This document shows positions 1 through 15,274 of a stretch of DNA of 64,000 nt, piece after piece; the stretch's first letter is position 1, and each line of letters opens with the position of its first letter. Both the position numbers and the translations under genes were made by a program. The stretch is from Rebecca billardiae RCC1528 (lineage: Eukaryota; Protista; Haptophyta): positions 434,001 through 498,000 of the forward strand of contig OZ251246.1 in NCBI GenBank assembly GCA_965240325.2. The letters run 5' to 3'. The notes under the pieces are model-generated. The model saw nothing but the letters and a program-made list of their open reading frames with translations. It was not told the DNA's origin and made no database searches.

Positions 1-1088
1 GCGCGCGCCGAGTCAGAGCCGCTGGCCTGTTTTATTTCTACCAGATTCCATTTACTATGTCACGGCGACAAACCCGTGCTCGCCAGTGGGAATCGGTGTC
101 ACGCTCCGTTGGGTGTACCTCTCACGGCCGATGGCGGCCCCCACGTGCGCAAGGAATGCGATTCGTGCACTCCTCGGTGACCGGTGAGTGCACGAATCCA
201 GTTGCGGCGCTCGTCCGCCTCGTCGTTGTCGCACACGAGGTACACCCAACACCATGGGTCGGATCCCAGAACTCTCCGCGCGCTCGCGCCTGCGCGGCAC
301 TGGCAGGCTTGTTCTCATCATCTTGGCCAAGACTGCAGCCTGAAAGATGCGCGAGGACGCGTGTGCACGCCTTTCCGCGCGTCATGGGTGCGCGTGGCAC
401 GCACCTTGTAATATTATACGCCGAGGAGGCCTGAGCATCCGGCCTACTAACCTTCCGCGATCACGTTCAAATGCAGGCAGCAAGCTGCAAGCAAGCGCAC
501 GCCGAACGGAAGCATCTCAAGCTCGACAAGGTAGTGGCGGCGGAGCGTTTAGAGCTGGTGGCGATTGCAGTCCATCTGGCTGTGAACTGGTCGCTAACTG
601 ACACGGGTGCGACGCAGCAGCCAAGGCAGAGTGCTTGCAGCTTGCAGAGGGCCTCCAGCTGCAGCGCCGGTTTGCCGCCGCTCGCCGCCGCTGCATCGTG
701 CACACTGCCGTGCACCGCGAGTGACCCCTGTGTCAAGGCGAAGCACCACGGCAAGGCGAATCAGCATGTCTGACAACATCCTTCGCCACAGCGCAGCGCC
801 TCAACACGAGAATGCGCGAATGACGTGCCATCACTTCTCCGGACTAGCTCCGGGGCCCGCACCAGCGGGCAAGCCGCCATTGTACCGCGTTTTGGCGAAT
901 GTCGCCTTTGGGCTCTCGTAGAAATAAAACAGGCCCGCTGTCTGGTGAGCCGTGTGAGTCGGGCTAACGGCATCATGCACTCTAGATACCACATACATGC
1001 AGCAGACCACCTCAGGGATTCACTAGGCTTCCGCGCCACCGCCAGCCGGCGCTGCGGCTGCGCGGCCAGCACGGTCGACGACGACAGC

Positions 1089-2460
1089 TCATACTGACGC
1101 GGCGGTGCCCGGCGCGGCCGGCGCCGGCGCCGATTGCTTGCGAGCTTCCGAGCACTCGGCCTTCTTGCACAGCCACCCTCGGAGATCGATCTTCTGGCAC
1201 GTCGGGCAGCGTCTCGCCTTCGCCATCGGGCAGGGCGACACGCCGCACGAGCAGGTCTGGTGACAGCGGTCGAAGCTCGCCTCGAGCTCAGCAGCAGCTG
1301 CCTCCGCCTCCGCCTTCTTCCGCGCACGCTCGGATGCGGCCGCCGCCTTGCGCGCCGCCTCGGCCTCCTTCTGCGCGGTCTGCGCGGCCTTCTGCGTGTT
1401 GATCTCACGCAACGACCACGAGCCGTTTTGGCTGTCGAGCCGCGTGTTGTCCGGCTTCGGCGCGGCGAGCTCCACGGCGGGCACTGGAAGGACACCGAGC
1501 TGGTCTGCGAGCTCACCCGGGTCGAACCTCACCTCCTTGCGCACCGCGGCGAGCTCGGCGTCGTGCTCATCACGCTCGCGCACGAGCTTGGCGGCCTGGC
1601 GGCCGGAGTACTCCTTGGCGAGCTCGAGCTTGGCGCGGAGGGCTGGAGCAGTGTTCGAGCGCATCCCCGCAGGCGTGGCTGTGAACGCACTAAACGTAGG
1701 TGATGCGTGCGCGCCAGAGGGCTCGCCGTCGTCGGCCGAGCGCGCAGCCCCGCGCTCCGGAGTGCTTGGCGCCGCTGCCGGCGCCGCCGCCGCGAGCGAC
1801 GCGGCATCGGCCTCCTCCTCTTGCCGCCTGCGCTCCGCCTTCGCCTGTGCGGCATCGAGACGATCCACGAAGTCCTTCCTGTTGATCTGGTCCGGGTCCA
1901 ACACGTTGCCCGTGATGCCCACCTTGCGCCACGCGTTGATGATGTCAAAGGTGTCACACCACGAGAACCACGCACCCGGCGTGGACAGCTCCTCACAGCC
2001 GCCGAGGATCTGGAGGAACTCGCGGAGGCCGATCGTGGGCTCCTTGCCGTAGCTCGCCGTGTACGCGTGCTTGAAAGACGCCAGGCCCTTCTGGTATTGC
2101 GAGTGGAACTTGTGGTTGTACTGATCGAGAGCCTTCACGGTGCGTGCGGCCGCGCGAGGGCGGAGAGGTGATTGTGCGCGCGTCGCGCGCGCGCGCCGGG
2201 CCGATTGCACGCCAGGTACACCCGGGGCACGCGCGCGCGCCGGAGAGGCGCTGCAGCCGTCCGCGCGCACGGGCGCCTACCTGTAGGAAGTGCGACGTGT
2301 TCGGCTCCTCGGTGAAGATGCGGATGCCGAACTCGGACTCAGCAGTGCCGAGGGCTGCGAGCACGTCCTCCGTGTACCGCGACGAGTGGTTGTCGAGCAA
2401 CAGCACGATCGGGAAGGCGATGGGCTCCAGCCCCGCAGCCACCAGAGCTGCGTTGAGGTC
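1089..2460 (-). pseudogene. 5'-truncated pogo/Fot1-like (DDE_1) transposase containing one intron (2133-2280)
   Basis: Exon PIVLLLDNHSSRY...IRIFTEEPNTSHFLQ splices (GT...AAG) in frame to ALDQYNHKF, rebuilding the pogo-type 'LLLD.H.S...P.TSH.LQ.LD' motif. It is followed by NAWRKVGI and a Cys-rich tail (CSCGVSPC...CPTC...CKKAEC). No N-terminal HTH or first Asp is seen. Confidence 0.75.
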
Positions 2461-2644
2461 ACCAGACGCGCCGACAGGCCGCCTAGCCCTGCCGCGCGGC
2501 GCCCGCCACACAGCAGCCGCTGCGCGAGGTGCGTCGCCATCGCCGGGTCTGAAAGACGAAGCAGTCCGAAAAACGAAGCAGCGACCTGTACAGGCTCCAC
2601 GGACGGCCTACTGTACGGCCTACCGGTGCCGATAGTCACGAACC

Positions 2645-4753
2645 ATGGCGGCGGATGCCGGGCGCCGCGGGGCCGATGGCGCTCTGGACCTCGCGGGCCT
2701 GCTGCGCGTGCTGAGCGCGCAGGCGGCGATGCTCACTGTGGGCTACGCCGCGGGCCGAGCGATGCCGCGCCTCGACTACTCGCTGCTCGTCAAGTTCGTC
2801 TGGTACCTCGCCCTGCCCGCCATCCTCTTCCGATCGACGGCGACGCTCGACGCCGCCGCGGTCGACGCGCGCTTCCTGTGCGCGATGGTGAGCGCGAAGG
2901 CGGTGCTCGCGCTGTTCGCCGGCGTGTTCCTCGCGCCACGCCTCCTCCCCGGCCCGCGGCTCAAGTCCGCAGCCCTGTGCGCCCTGCTCACCACCTGCTC
3001 GAACGACCTGGCTCTTGGCTTGCCGATTGTCGCCGCTCTCGTCCCGCCCATGGCGGAGCAAGTGGTCCTGCTGGCCGCGCTGCAGAACCTGGTGCTCAAC
3101 CCGGTCTTCTTCGCGCTGATGGACGCCGCCGACGCCGCCGACGACCGCGCCGACGACCCCGCGGGGCCGCGCTACGCGCCGGTGCGCACGGAGGAGGACG
3201 CTGGAAGCGGCCGAGGCGGCGAGCGCGCGCACGGCTCCGCGCGCGGCGATCGGCGGAGCTCGGCGGCGGGCAAGCTGCACGGCGCCGGCGAGAGCGACGG
3301 GAGCGGGAGCGACGAGTCGGGCGCCGAGCCGCTCGCACTCGCGCGCGAGCGCAGCGGCTCGCACGCGCAGGGAGCGTGCAGGCCGATACGACACGCCGCG
3401 GCCGCGCGCAGCTCGGCAGACGGGGCGGCGGGTCTGGGGCTGGGGCTTGACGACGATGGCGGCTCGGCGGCGGAGAAGCAGGAGCTTGGCGTGGCGTCGT
3501 GCGGCGTCGCGGGCGGCGGGGAGCACGGGCTGCTGTCCAGCGCGGCCGATGGCGCCGCCGCGCGTGCCAGCCGGCAGCACGGTGCGCACGGCGGCGGCGG
3601 CGGCGGCAGCGGTGGCGCCGGGCTCGCGCCTCTCCTCACGCCTCCGCGCCACCACCTGTCGCGCTGGCTCGCGCGCGCGCGCGCCGGCTCGCTCGACGCG
3701 CACGGCGCGCGCGTGTGCGCGCGCGCGTGCGCGCGCGCGGCGTGGAGCGGCGTGCGCCGCGCGGCGGGCAACTATGCCACCCTGGCGGTCTTCTTGGGAG
3801 GCGCTGCGCACGAGGCGCTGCGATGGCGGGCGGCACGTGGCGGGCGTGGCGGGCGCGGTGGCGGCGCGCACGCGCCGCTGCACCTGCCGGAGCCGCTCGA
3901 GACCGTGCTCCGCGCGCTGAGCTGCGCGTTCCCGCCCGCGGCGAACATCGCGCTCGGTCTCTCCCTGTCGCCGCGCGCCGGCGGCGCCGAGCCCTCGGGC
4001 GGCGGCGGCGGCGGCGGCAACGGCGGCGGCGGGGGCGCGCGTACCAAGCGCCCGCGTGCACTCGCCACCGCGGCGCTGGTGAGCTGTAAGCTACTTCTCC
4101 TGCCGATGCTCTGCCGCGCCCTCGTCACGCTCACCGCTGTCCAGGCACCCGCCGCGCGCGGCGGCGCGGCAGGCGCGCGGCCGGCCTCCCCCGCGCCCAT
4201 GCGCTTTGGCTCCGTGCCCGCCGCCGTCCTCTATGGGAATGTCGCTTGGGTCTACGGTGCACTTCCCACCGCCCCCTGGGTGGCCGCCTTCGCGCATGCG
4301 TACGGTCACCACACGGTGATGACCTCCCGAGCGATCAGCACGTCGCTGCTCCTCTCGTTCCCGCTCGTCGTCGTCGCGAGCATCCTCTTCCTCAGCCCAG
4401 CCGAAGGCCCGAGCGCGTCCGCGCGCGGCGTGGCGCGCGCCGCCGACCCTGGCGGCGGCCACGCCCCGGCGGTGACGGCACGGTGGCTGCTGGCGGAGGC
4501 GTGGCGCGCGCTCGCGGGTGAGGGCTCACTCTTCGGGCCGTGCGCGGGCGCGTCGCTCGCGCTGGCCGGGCTGGATGGGTCACCGCTTGGCGGCAGTGCG
4601 CGCGTGGCAGCGGGCTCGAAGCAGCAGGTGGCGTGGGCGGTGGCGCGCGGCGCGCGCGGCGGCGGGCAGCTGTGGCATGCACAAGCTGCCGAGTGCACGC
4701 CCGCTGAGAGGCTTGCGCGCCTCATGCAGTGCAGCGCTGGGCCGCGTCGCTAG
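2645..4753 (+). CDS. Auxin-efflux-carrier (Mem_trans) family membrane protein, similar to the GPR155/LYCHOS permease domain
   Basis: Two hydrophobic helix bundles separated by a long low-complexity loop. Motifs ALPAILFRS, SNDLALGLPIV and YGALPTAP resemble GPR155 SNDFALGYPIV and YGVFPVAP. The 3' end is uncertain. Confidence 0.75.
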   Translation: MAADAGRRGADGALDLAGLLRVLSAQAAMLTVGYAAGRAMPRLDYSLLVKFVWYLALPAILFRSTATLDAAAVDARFLCAMVSAKAVLALFAGVFLAPRLLPGPRLKSAALCALLTTCSNDLALGLPIVAALVPPMAEQVVLLAALQNLVLNPVFFALMDAADAADDRADDPAGPRYAPVRTEEDAGSGRGGERAHGSARGDRRSSAAGKLHGAGESDGSGSDESGAEPLALARERSGSHAQGACRPIRHAAAARSSADGAAGLGLGLDDDGGSAAEKQELGVASCGVAGGGEHGLLSSAADGAAARASRQHGAHGGGGGGSGGAGLAPLLTPPRHHLSRWLARARAGSLDAHGARVCARACARAAWSGVRRAAGNYATLAVFLGGAAHEALRWRAARGGRGGRGGGAHAPLHLPEPLETVLRALSCAFPPAANIALGLSLSPRAGGAEPSGGGGGGGNGGGGGARTKRPRALATAALVSCKLLLLPMLCRALVTLTAVQAPAARGGAAGARPASPAPMRFGSVPAAVLYGNVAWVYGALPTAPWVAAFAHAYGHHTVMTSRAISTSLLLSFPLVVVASILFLSPAEGPSASARGVARAADPGGGHAPAVTARWLLAEAWRALAGEGSLFGPCAGASLALAGLDGSPLGGSARVAAGSKQQVAWAVARGARGGGQLWHAQAAECTPAERLARLMQCSAGPRR

Positions 4754-5875
4754 CTCGGGTCATGGAGCAAGCAGTTGCGCCCACCAGCGGAATATACGGA
4801 TGGCCGGCGCCAACGCGGCCATCAGTCCGTAGAACTTCTCACTCTTATTCGTCTGCCTGCACTGAGTGGTCCGCGCCCGGCGATTTAAAGTCGGCCGAGC
4901 CGCGCCGGTATACCGGCACCACGACAGGCGATTCCGAATCCGAGGCCGCGCCGACAGGCGGCATCAGCGGCGCCTGTTCATCAGCAGCAGCACACTGCAG
5001 CCTGCCCGAGAGCTGCGGCGGGGCCAAGTGCGGCGCGGCGGGGTTCTCGCGTCACACTCACGGACGACTGACGCCAGCGGATAGTCGCTGACTCGCCGCT
5101 GCGCCGCCAATTCACGGCACCTGACTGACTGCTCTGAGTCTGATAGTCCGGCTCGGGACCGCTGGCACCGGGGGGCCAACGACGCCAGCTCGGATCAGGG
5201 GGCGAGGACGCCCATTCGGGCTCGCGGCAGGCCGAGCGTATGCGACGCGGCGACGGTCCTGCGGGCGGACCTGCGGCCCGGCCCTGTGATCGGCCGCGCG
5301 CCGCGGTAGTCTGCCGGTGCGGGCGGCGCCACCTTTCTCTACGGGTCGGCAACCGTGCCGGCCTCGCCGTGGTGCGACGGCGACGGCGGCCGACGCGCGT
5401 GAGCACGGCGGCATATTCTTCTCTCGTGATTGCGCGAGAAGCAGTTGCTCTGGCTCCACCTGCCGATCGCACCTGAGCTCTCTGGAGTAGGTTGCTTGAG
5501 TGTTGGCTCGCGCGCCCACAGCAAGGGCGGCCATCGTTTCGAGCGCATCCAATCTCGAATCGGAGTCACCTGTAAAGAGTACAATATGAATATGGAGGGT
5601 AGCTTACCGTACGGGATGCACTAGTAAGTTGTAATGACAATGGTGATAGCGCGCGCCCGCGCCGGGGAGTCACTATGGGGGTAATGAGGCGTTAGATTAT
5701 CAGTGTTGGGTCTTGAAACACTTGGGGCCATCTGATTGGCCAGACCCCAGTTGTTCAGGCTCCCAAAGCGGCACGTTGCCCCTTGCAAACCGTCTTCCGC
5801 GCGCGTTCGCATCGAAAGGCAAAGAATCTCTCACGCCCACCGCCGACGAGCTGACCAGGACCGCGCCGGGCACGA

Positions 5876-9441
<3,566 letters not shown>

Positions 9442-10029
9442 GCAGATGGAGCTGCCTATGCCTCTGTGCGGCGGCGGCTGAGCCCGGGTGGCGCGAAGCT
9501 GTGCGCCTGTGCGCCGCGTTCGGCCTTGCGCACTTGGCCTGCGGCTGCGCGGGCCGCTGCGTCTGATGATGCCTTGGACCTTTGGACGCGCGCTGACACC
9601 GCGTTGTGATGCACACTCATCGTCCGTCTAGCCGTGATGCTATACTGCTATATTTTATTATATCCCGCCATATAATAATGACCGCGTTCCGCGGTCCTTT
9701 TCCGTAGAACCAACGCAGTTGGGGGCCCGCGGCGCAGTGGTTGAGAATGAGACCGTGACGTCGTCAATCCGCACGGTCTGGCGTCTGCCTGGCAGTCAGA
9801 CAGGCAGCCGCACCGTCTCGGAGAGTGAGTGAGAGTCAGACCCGTCCGTCGGACTCGCGGCGCGTGAATGGGCGCGCCGACGGCCAAGGGTGGCCGGCAC
9901 GGGACACCAGCGGACGGGCCGCGCGGGGAAGCGGGGCGGCGCGCGCGCAGGGCGAGAGGCGCGGACGGGCCGCGCGGGGAAGCGGGGCGGCGCGCGTGCA
10001 GGGCGAGAGGCGCCGCGCGGCGCGGGCCG

Positions 10030-10610
10030 GCGCGTGCGCGCGCGCGCGCGCACCTGCTTGAGGTGCTCGCGCTGCGCCATGCGCTCGACGAAGGGCCGCT
10101 GGTCGCTCAGCCGGCGCGCCTCGGGCCGGCATAGCGAGAGCGCGCGCCACTGCTGCCCGCCCACGCTGCGCAGCCACGCGCAGACCGAGCGGAGCTCGGG
10201 GTGGGACGAAGCGAGTGGCGTGTCGCGCCCGCCGCCAGGCGCACGCGTGCCCTGCTCCGCACCGCGCCGCCGTGCTCGCCCGCCGCCTGCTCCGCCGCGT
10301 CGGCCTCGAGGATGGCGGCGGCCAGCGGCAGGCTGAGTGGCGCGCGCTCGCCCACCGTAGCTTCGAGGGCCGTCCACACCTGCTCGAGCTGCTGCAGGGC
10401 GTGGACAAGGGCAGCGCGCGCGCCCAGCGCATCCGTGCTGCGTGACGCAGCGCGTCGAGCTCGGCGTCTCGCTTCGCCAGCTCGGCGCCCAGCGCCTCTG
10501 CGCGCACGCGTCGAGCTCGGCGTCGCGCTTTGCCAGCTCGGCGCCCAGCGCCTTCACGCGCACGTGCTCGTGTATCTGCGCGCGCACGGCCTGCGCGCCG
10601 CCGCCCATCT
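10030..10610 (-). pseudogene. Probable degenerate gene fragment with a frameshifting ~56-bp tandem duplication
   Basis: ALGAELAKRDAELDA is encoded twice in different frames (about 10450-10555). Weak HMG-box-like W..LS...RPF. No intact ORF. Confidence 0.3.
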
Positions 10611-11788
10611 GCGCGCGCAGACTCGGACTCGTCGCGGCTGGCTGCTAGGGAGTGCTAGGGTGCGCGCCGCGTAGTCGATGGCCAAGGCCTGCAGCCAGCG
10701 CGCCTGCACCGAGAAAAGAAGGCGCGGCACGCGCGCTATAACCCAGTCCACGCAGACACGCGAGCGCGTGCTCGAGCGGCGCGCCGGGGGCGACCGTCCA
10801 CGTCGGCCGCGCGGGAGCCGCAGGTACTCTCGCGCGCCTGCGCGACGCAGCGCGCACGCACAGCGAAACGGGCGCGGGGTAGAATTCAGGAGAGCGCCGC
10901 CGCCCGCGCACCACCCCACCGAGAGTGCGCACATGCGCACGCCACGACATGGCACGACATGGCGCACGATTGACGCAACGCCCGACAGACAGAAGCCTTC
11001 ATCGACAATCCGCGCGCGCCCGCAAACGCGGCCGCGCGCGCGGGCGGGCGCGCGGGCGTGCGTGCGCCACCCGCGCGGGAGGCGCCCGCGGCCGCGCGGG
11101 CGGCGCGCGCGCGGCGCGCGCTCCGCGCGGTCGTCCACACCGATGGCGGTCGATCGAGGGCTCGCCCCGTTTGGCGGTCGATTTTGATCGAGGGCTCGCC
11201 CCGTTTTTGGAGCGAGCGCGTGCCGCGCGCCCCCTGGCTCCCAACTGGGTATGATAATACCCACAATTACCCAAAATGACCTTATGCCCCCAACACCGTT
11301 ATCATAGCGAGCCAATGTACTGATATGATAGACTGAACGATAGTACCCACAATTACCCAATCAAGAGGCGATACAGCCCTTGCCTTGCTGAATGTCTCGC
11401 ACTATTGGAGTTGGTTGGACTCGGCTATAATGTTGATCAACTGTAGTCGTTCTAGTGATGGCATCTTGCGGCGGCGAGGCCATATTATTTTACTATGGTC
11501 ACACTAGAACGAGAGTCTACCCACAAAATTTACCCAGCCTGGCACACTTGGGCGTGGGTTTCGTTGATTCCTCTGTTCACTATTCAAGACGGCGGACGCG
11601 ACCTTTTTCGAAGCTAATCCATGTGTAAGGAGGTCTCAAAAAATCGAAACTCGGTCTCCCCACTCTGGAAAACACCGCCCCGTCCCTTTTTTCTTTGATC
11701 AAAGATCTTTTTGAAACGTGGTTCGGGCCCGCTGGTGCGGGCTCCACGCTGCGCGCTCCGCCCTGCACCGCGGGCCATAATAATATAT

Positions 11789-13466
11789 TGCTGCTATATA
11801 TTGCTGCAGCGGCTCCGCCTGCCCGTCCGCCTCGGGGGGCTCGCCCTGCGCTCGGCGGCGCAGCGGGCACCCGCCGCCTTCTGGGCGGGGGCCCACGCCG
11901 CTGTTCCCGCGTTCCTCGACCGCCACGCCCCCATGCAGGGCGGCGTCGCCGTGCACGGCGTCCTCGAGCGCGACTCCATCGTCGCGCGCGTGGGCCGCGA
12001 CGCGTTCGTGGACATGCGCGCCGCCGGATGGCGCCAGTTTCTGCAGTCGGGCTCGGCGCTCGGGCGGACGCTCGCGACCATCTGGGAGCGCCTCCAGCTC
12101 GCCGAGCAGGAGGCGCCAGCTGTGCCCAACCGGCAGCCTTACTGCGTGCTCCACCTCCCGGCGGGTCAGGTGGCACCCACTGCACGCCGGGCTGTGGACG
12201 GCACCATCTACTACAGCCTCGCCAAGGACATCACGGAGGACGTCGAGAACACCCACGGCTGGCTCCTGCGGCGGCAGCTCAGCTCTCTCTCGCGGGACGA
12301 CCGCCGTGTGCACCTCATCCAGAACGTGGACCGTGCCTCACTCGCGTTCGTGGGCGCGCTCCCGATCGGCAGCGCGGCGGTCCACCACCAGGGTGAGTGG
12401 CTCGAGATCGCGGCGCGCGCGCTCGGGATCCCCAGCCCGGTCTGCGCGCCGCTGGCCCAGGCCGGGGCGTACGTGCCCACGCGCTCGGGTCCTGGCATCC
12501 GGGTGGACGCGTACGGCGACGCGCTCCTCAGCGCGTCCGGCCGCAACGCGCTCCCCGGCGACCACGTCGCACGCTACCGGCACGACCCGGTGATCCGCGT
12601 GCTGGCGGGGTTCTTCCGCACGTACGCCGGTGTGTACGCCGTGCCGGAGGACACCTGGATCTTCGGCTCGGTGCACGCCCAGTCCACCGCCCAGGCGCAG
12701 GCGGTGCTCGGCACGGACCGCAAGCGCGTGCCGGTGGTGGACCTGAGTGCCGAGGTGCACGGCAACTGTACCCTGTTCGAGGTCAAGACCATCTCGCTGA
12801 GCCAGTCGCGCTACAGGGTGAGCGACGGCCGCAACGGTGCGGTGCGCCACCGCGCGGAACTCGTCCCGCGCGAGCGGCGCAAGCAGCTGCAGCTCCTCGA
12901 CCGCGAGGTCTACGGCACGCTTGAGGGCCAGGTGGGCCCATACGAGGCGCGGCTCGACACCTTCCCCGCGATCGTCCCGATTGTCGTGGGGGCGTTCGGC
13001 GAGTGGAGCGCGGAGGTGGACCTCACCCTCAAGAAGATCGCCAAGATGGGGCGGGACACGTGGCGCGCGCGCCTCAGCGCGCCCTCGCGCCCCGCCGCCG
13101 AGCGCGCGCTGCTCGGCACCATGCGGCGCGAGCTGGGCATGCGCTGCCTGCGTGGCCAGGCCAAGATGCTCATCGCCCGCGCGCGCATGGCGCACGTGCG
13201 CCCGGGGGCACGCGCCCGCGGGGGCGCTGCATACGACGACTACTTCGAGACGACGGCTGACGACGCGTGGCACCGCGACCACCGCGGTGGCGCGTGCGCG
13301 TCGACGCCAGACGGTGCGTCGAGCTTCCGCTCGGCGATGGAGTGATGGGCGACTATGAGGGGGGGGGACGACGGCGAGGAGCGCTGATCCTGGTGTTTGT
13401 CTCTGCTGCTCGATCTGCTGCTACAGCTTGCTGACTCTGACGCCTGCCCGTTGCATACCACGTCGT
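11789..13466 (+). mobile_element. 5'-truncated non-LTR retrotransposon with restriction-like endonuclease (CRE/R2-type C-terminus); ORF ends at 13345
   Basis: The ORF begins at the RT-thumb motif LPVRLGGLALRS and has no RT core. It contains DAYGD...RHD, a VDL...FEVK nuclease-like motif and PIVVGAFGEW. Candidate TSD TAATATAT at 11781-11788 and 13467-13474. Confidence 0.75.
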
Positions 13467-14003
13467 TAATATATATATCATACTACTTGCGCGGCGCTGT
13501 AATTAACTCTGCTCAATCATCAGCCAGCAGTGCTGTGCAGTGTGCTCAGCCGCTCAGCGCTGCTGATGATTGACTGCTGCTAAGCCTGCTAAGGCTCATC
13601 CGCGACCGAGTGCTGTATGAGCATGCAGATATATATGCTGCTATATATATATATATGCAGCAGCAGATTCGCCGGGACGACAGACGAGTCAATTTGCGCG
13701 GCGCTGCTGATATAGTGATTAGTGATCGGGCCGACGATGCTGCTGGTGGCGCGGTAACGATTACGCGTAGTTATGTGAGTTTTTAGCACCGATATGAGCA
13801 TCACGTACGTAGTAATTTTGCTCGTAGTCGGTCGGCCGCTGCCGGGCAGTGCCGGCGGCGGAGGCTGCCGCTGCCGCCCGCTGCGCAGTGCGCGCCCGCC
13901 GCGCCCGGCGACAACGGAGTGAACAACGCTGGGCGGGCCCGCGCTGCCCGGCGCTGCCATCATCATCAGCTGGCCACGTGGCAGTGCGCCATCCCACCGG
14001 GCG

Positions 14004-15104
14004 CTACTTCGACGCGCACGCATCAGCCGCCATCGGCTCAGCCGCGCGGCCAGCCAACGGCTGCTCGGCCATCGGCGCGCCGCTGCACGAGTGGCGCGCC
14101 CAGAGCTGCAACTGGCAGCGCTCGCACGAGCCGTCGGGCCGCTGGCTCTGCACGTGCCGCCGCCGGGCCTCGGTGTGCGCGCACGAGACGTCCCGCGGCG
14201 CGAGCTTGCCCCGCGAGCGCCAGCTCGCGTGCACGTCCAGCGCGCGCGGCCGTAGCCCGCGCCCCCACAGCGCACGGCCCCAGTAGCAGAGGGGCCACCA
14301 TGAGAAGCCCCACGGAAAAAGCGACTCGCCGTGCGCGCAGCAGCGCGGCGCGTGGCGCTCACCCTGAGCGAGCGGTGGCGCGGGCGGTGCCGAGCAAGGC
14401 GCGGTGCCGACGGTGTCGAGCGTGCGCAGCGCACTCGCCGCCACGTCGCGGGAGAGCAGCCACAGCCCGTCCGGCACCTGCGTCGCGAACCGCCAGACAG
14501 GCGGTGGCGCTCGCGCGCCCGGAGGCAGCGCTTGCGCGGCAGGCTGCAGGTTGTAGTCACAGGGCGAGGCCAGTGGGCGGTGGAAGTGCAGGTCGGGCCG
14601 GGCGAAGAGGACGGCGTCGAACGCGCGGCGCGTCTGCCGCTCGTGCGCCTCCACCGCCTCCCATGCGATCGCCATCATGCCCCACCAGCGTCGCGCTTTT
14701 CGATCAAGGCTCTCGCAGCCCTGAGAGCGCAGCCGCCTTTGCGCGCGCGCAGCGTCCGGCCGCGGCGCGGATGCAGCGCACTCCCAGATGCAGCGCGCGA
14801 CGGAGAGGTTTTGGAAGCGCTCGGTCGTCGGATCGACGGTCCAGATCGAGCGCACGCGCACCGATGCGCCGAGTGCGCCCACCTCAGACAGCACCTGCCT
14901 GTGCTGCTTGGCGCGCAGCGGCGCGCCCGTCCGGCTCATCGCCTTGAGCAGGACGAAAACAGCCGACTCGGCGTGGGCGCCGAGCGGCTCAATCACGTTG
15001 GGCCCGAACGAGGACAGCGGCGTGTGCGCGAGCCGCGGGTTGTACAGGCCGGTGATGACGATGGCCATGCGCACGGAGCAGTTCGCCGAGCGCGAGGCCG
15101 CCAT
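14004..15104 (-). CDS. Uncharacterised protein with an FD.V...RPDL motif (putative glycosyltransferase-like algal family)
   Basis: Coding-like 366-aa ORF with MAIVITG...R and FDAVLFARPDLHF. Head-to-head with the TMEM65-GAF gene. Confidence 0.5.
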   Translation of the reverse strand: MAASRSANCSVRMAIVITGLYNPRLAHTPLSSFGPNVIEPLGAHAESAVFVLLKAMSRTGAPLRAKQHRQVLSEVGALGASVRVRSIWTVDPTTERFQNLSVARCIWECAASAPRPDAARAQRRLRSQGCESLDRKARRWWGMMAIAWEAVEAHERQTRRAFDAVLFARPDLHFHRPLASPCDYNLQPAAQALPPGARAPPPVWRFATQVPDGLWLLSRDVAASALRTLDTVGTAPCSAPPAPPLAQGERHAPRCCAHGESLFPWGFSWWPLCYWGRALWGRGLRPRALDVHASWRSRGKLAPRDVSCAHTEARRRHVQSQRPDGSCERCQLQLWARHSCSGAPMAEQPLAGRAAEPMAADACASK

Positions 15105-15274
15105 CTTGAAGTACTCCCATATGAAGACGAGGAATCCGCCAGGAATCCCGTTCTGTACTTCCCGGTACCGTAGTACGTTTTACCCCGCCCGCGTTTGCGG
15201 GCGCGGAACGGCACGAAGGACGCTGAACAGGTGCGTGCGTCGTCCGCAGTCCGCCCGCGAGTCGCGACCGAGAG

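Noticed and set aside
2600-2615. TA|CAGT-like pogo terminus on the minus strand
   Set aside because: No matching opposite TIR found within the window.
11150-11540. Short direct repeats (GATCGAGGGCTCGCCCCGTTT x2; TACCCACAATTACCCAA x2 plus a variant)
   Set aside because: Could be transposon subterminal repeats, but I found no TIR pair or TSD to define an element.
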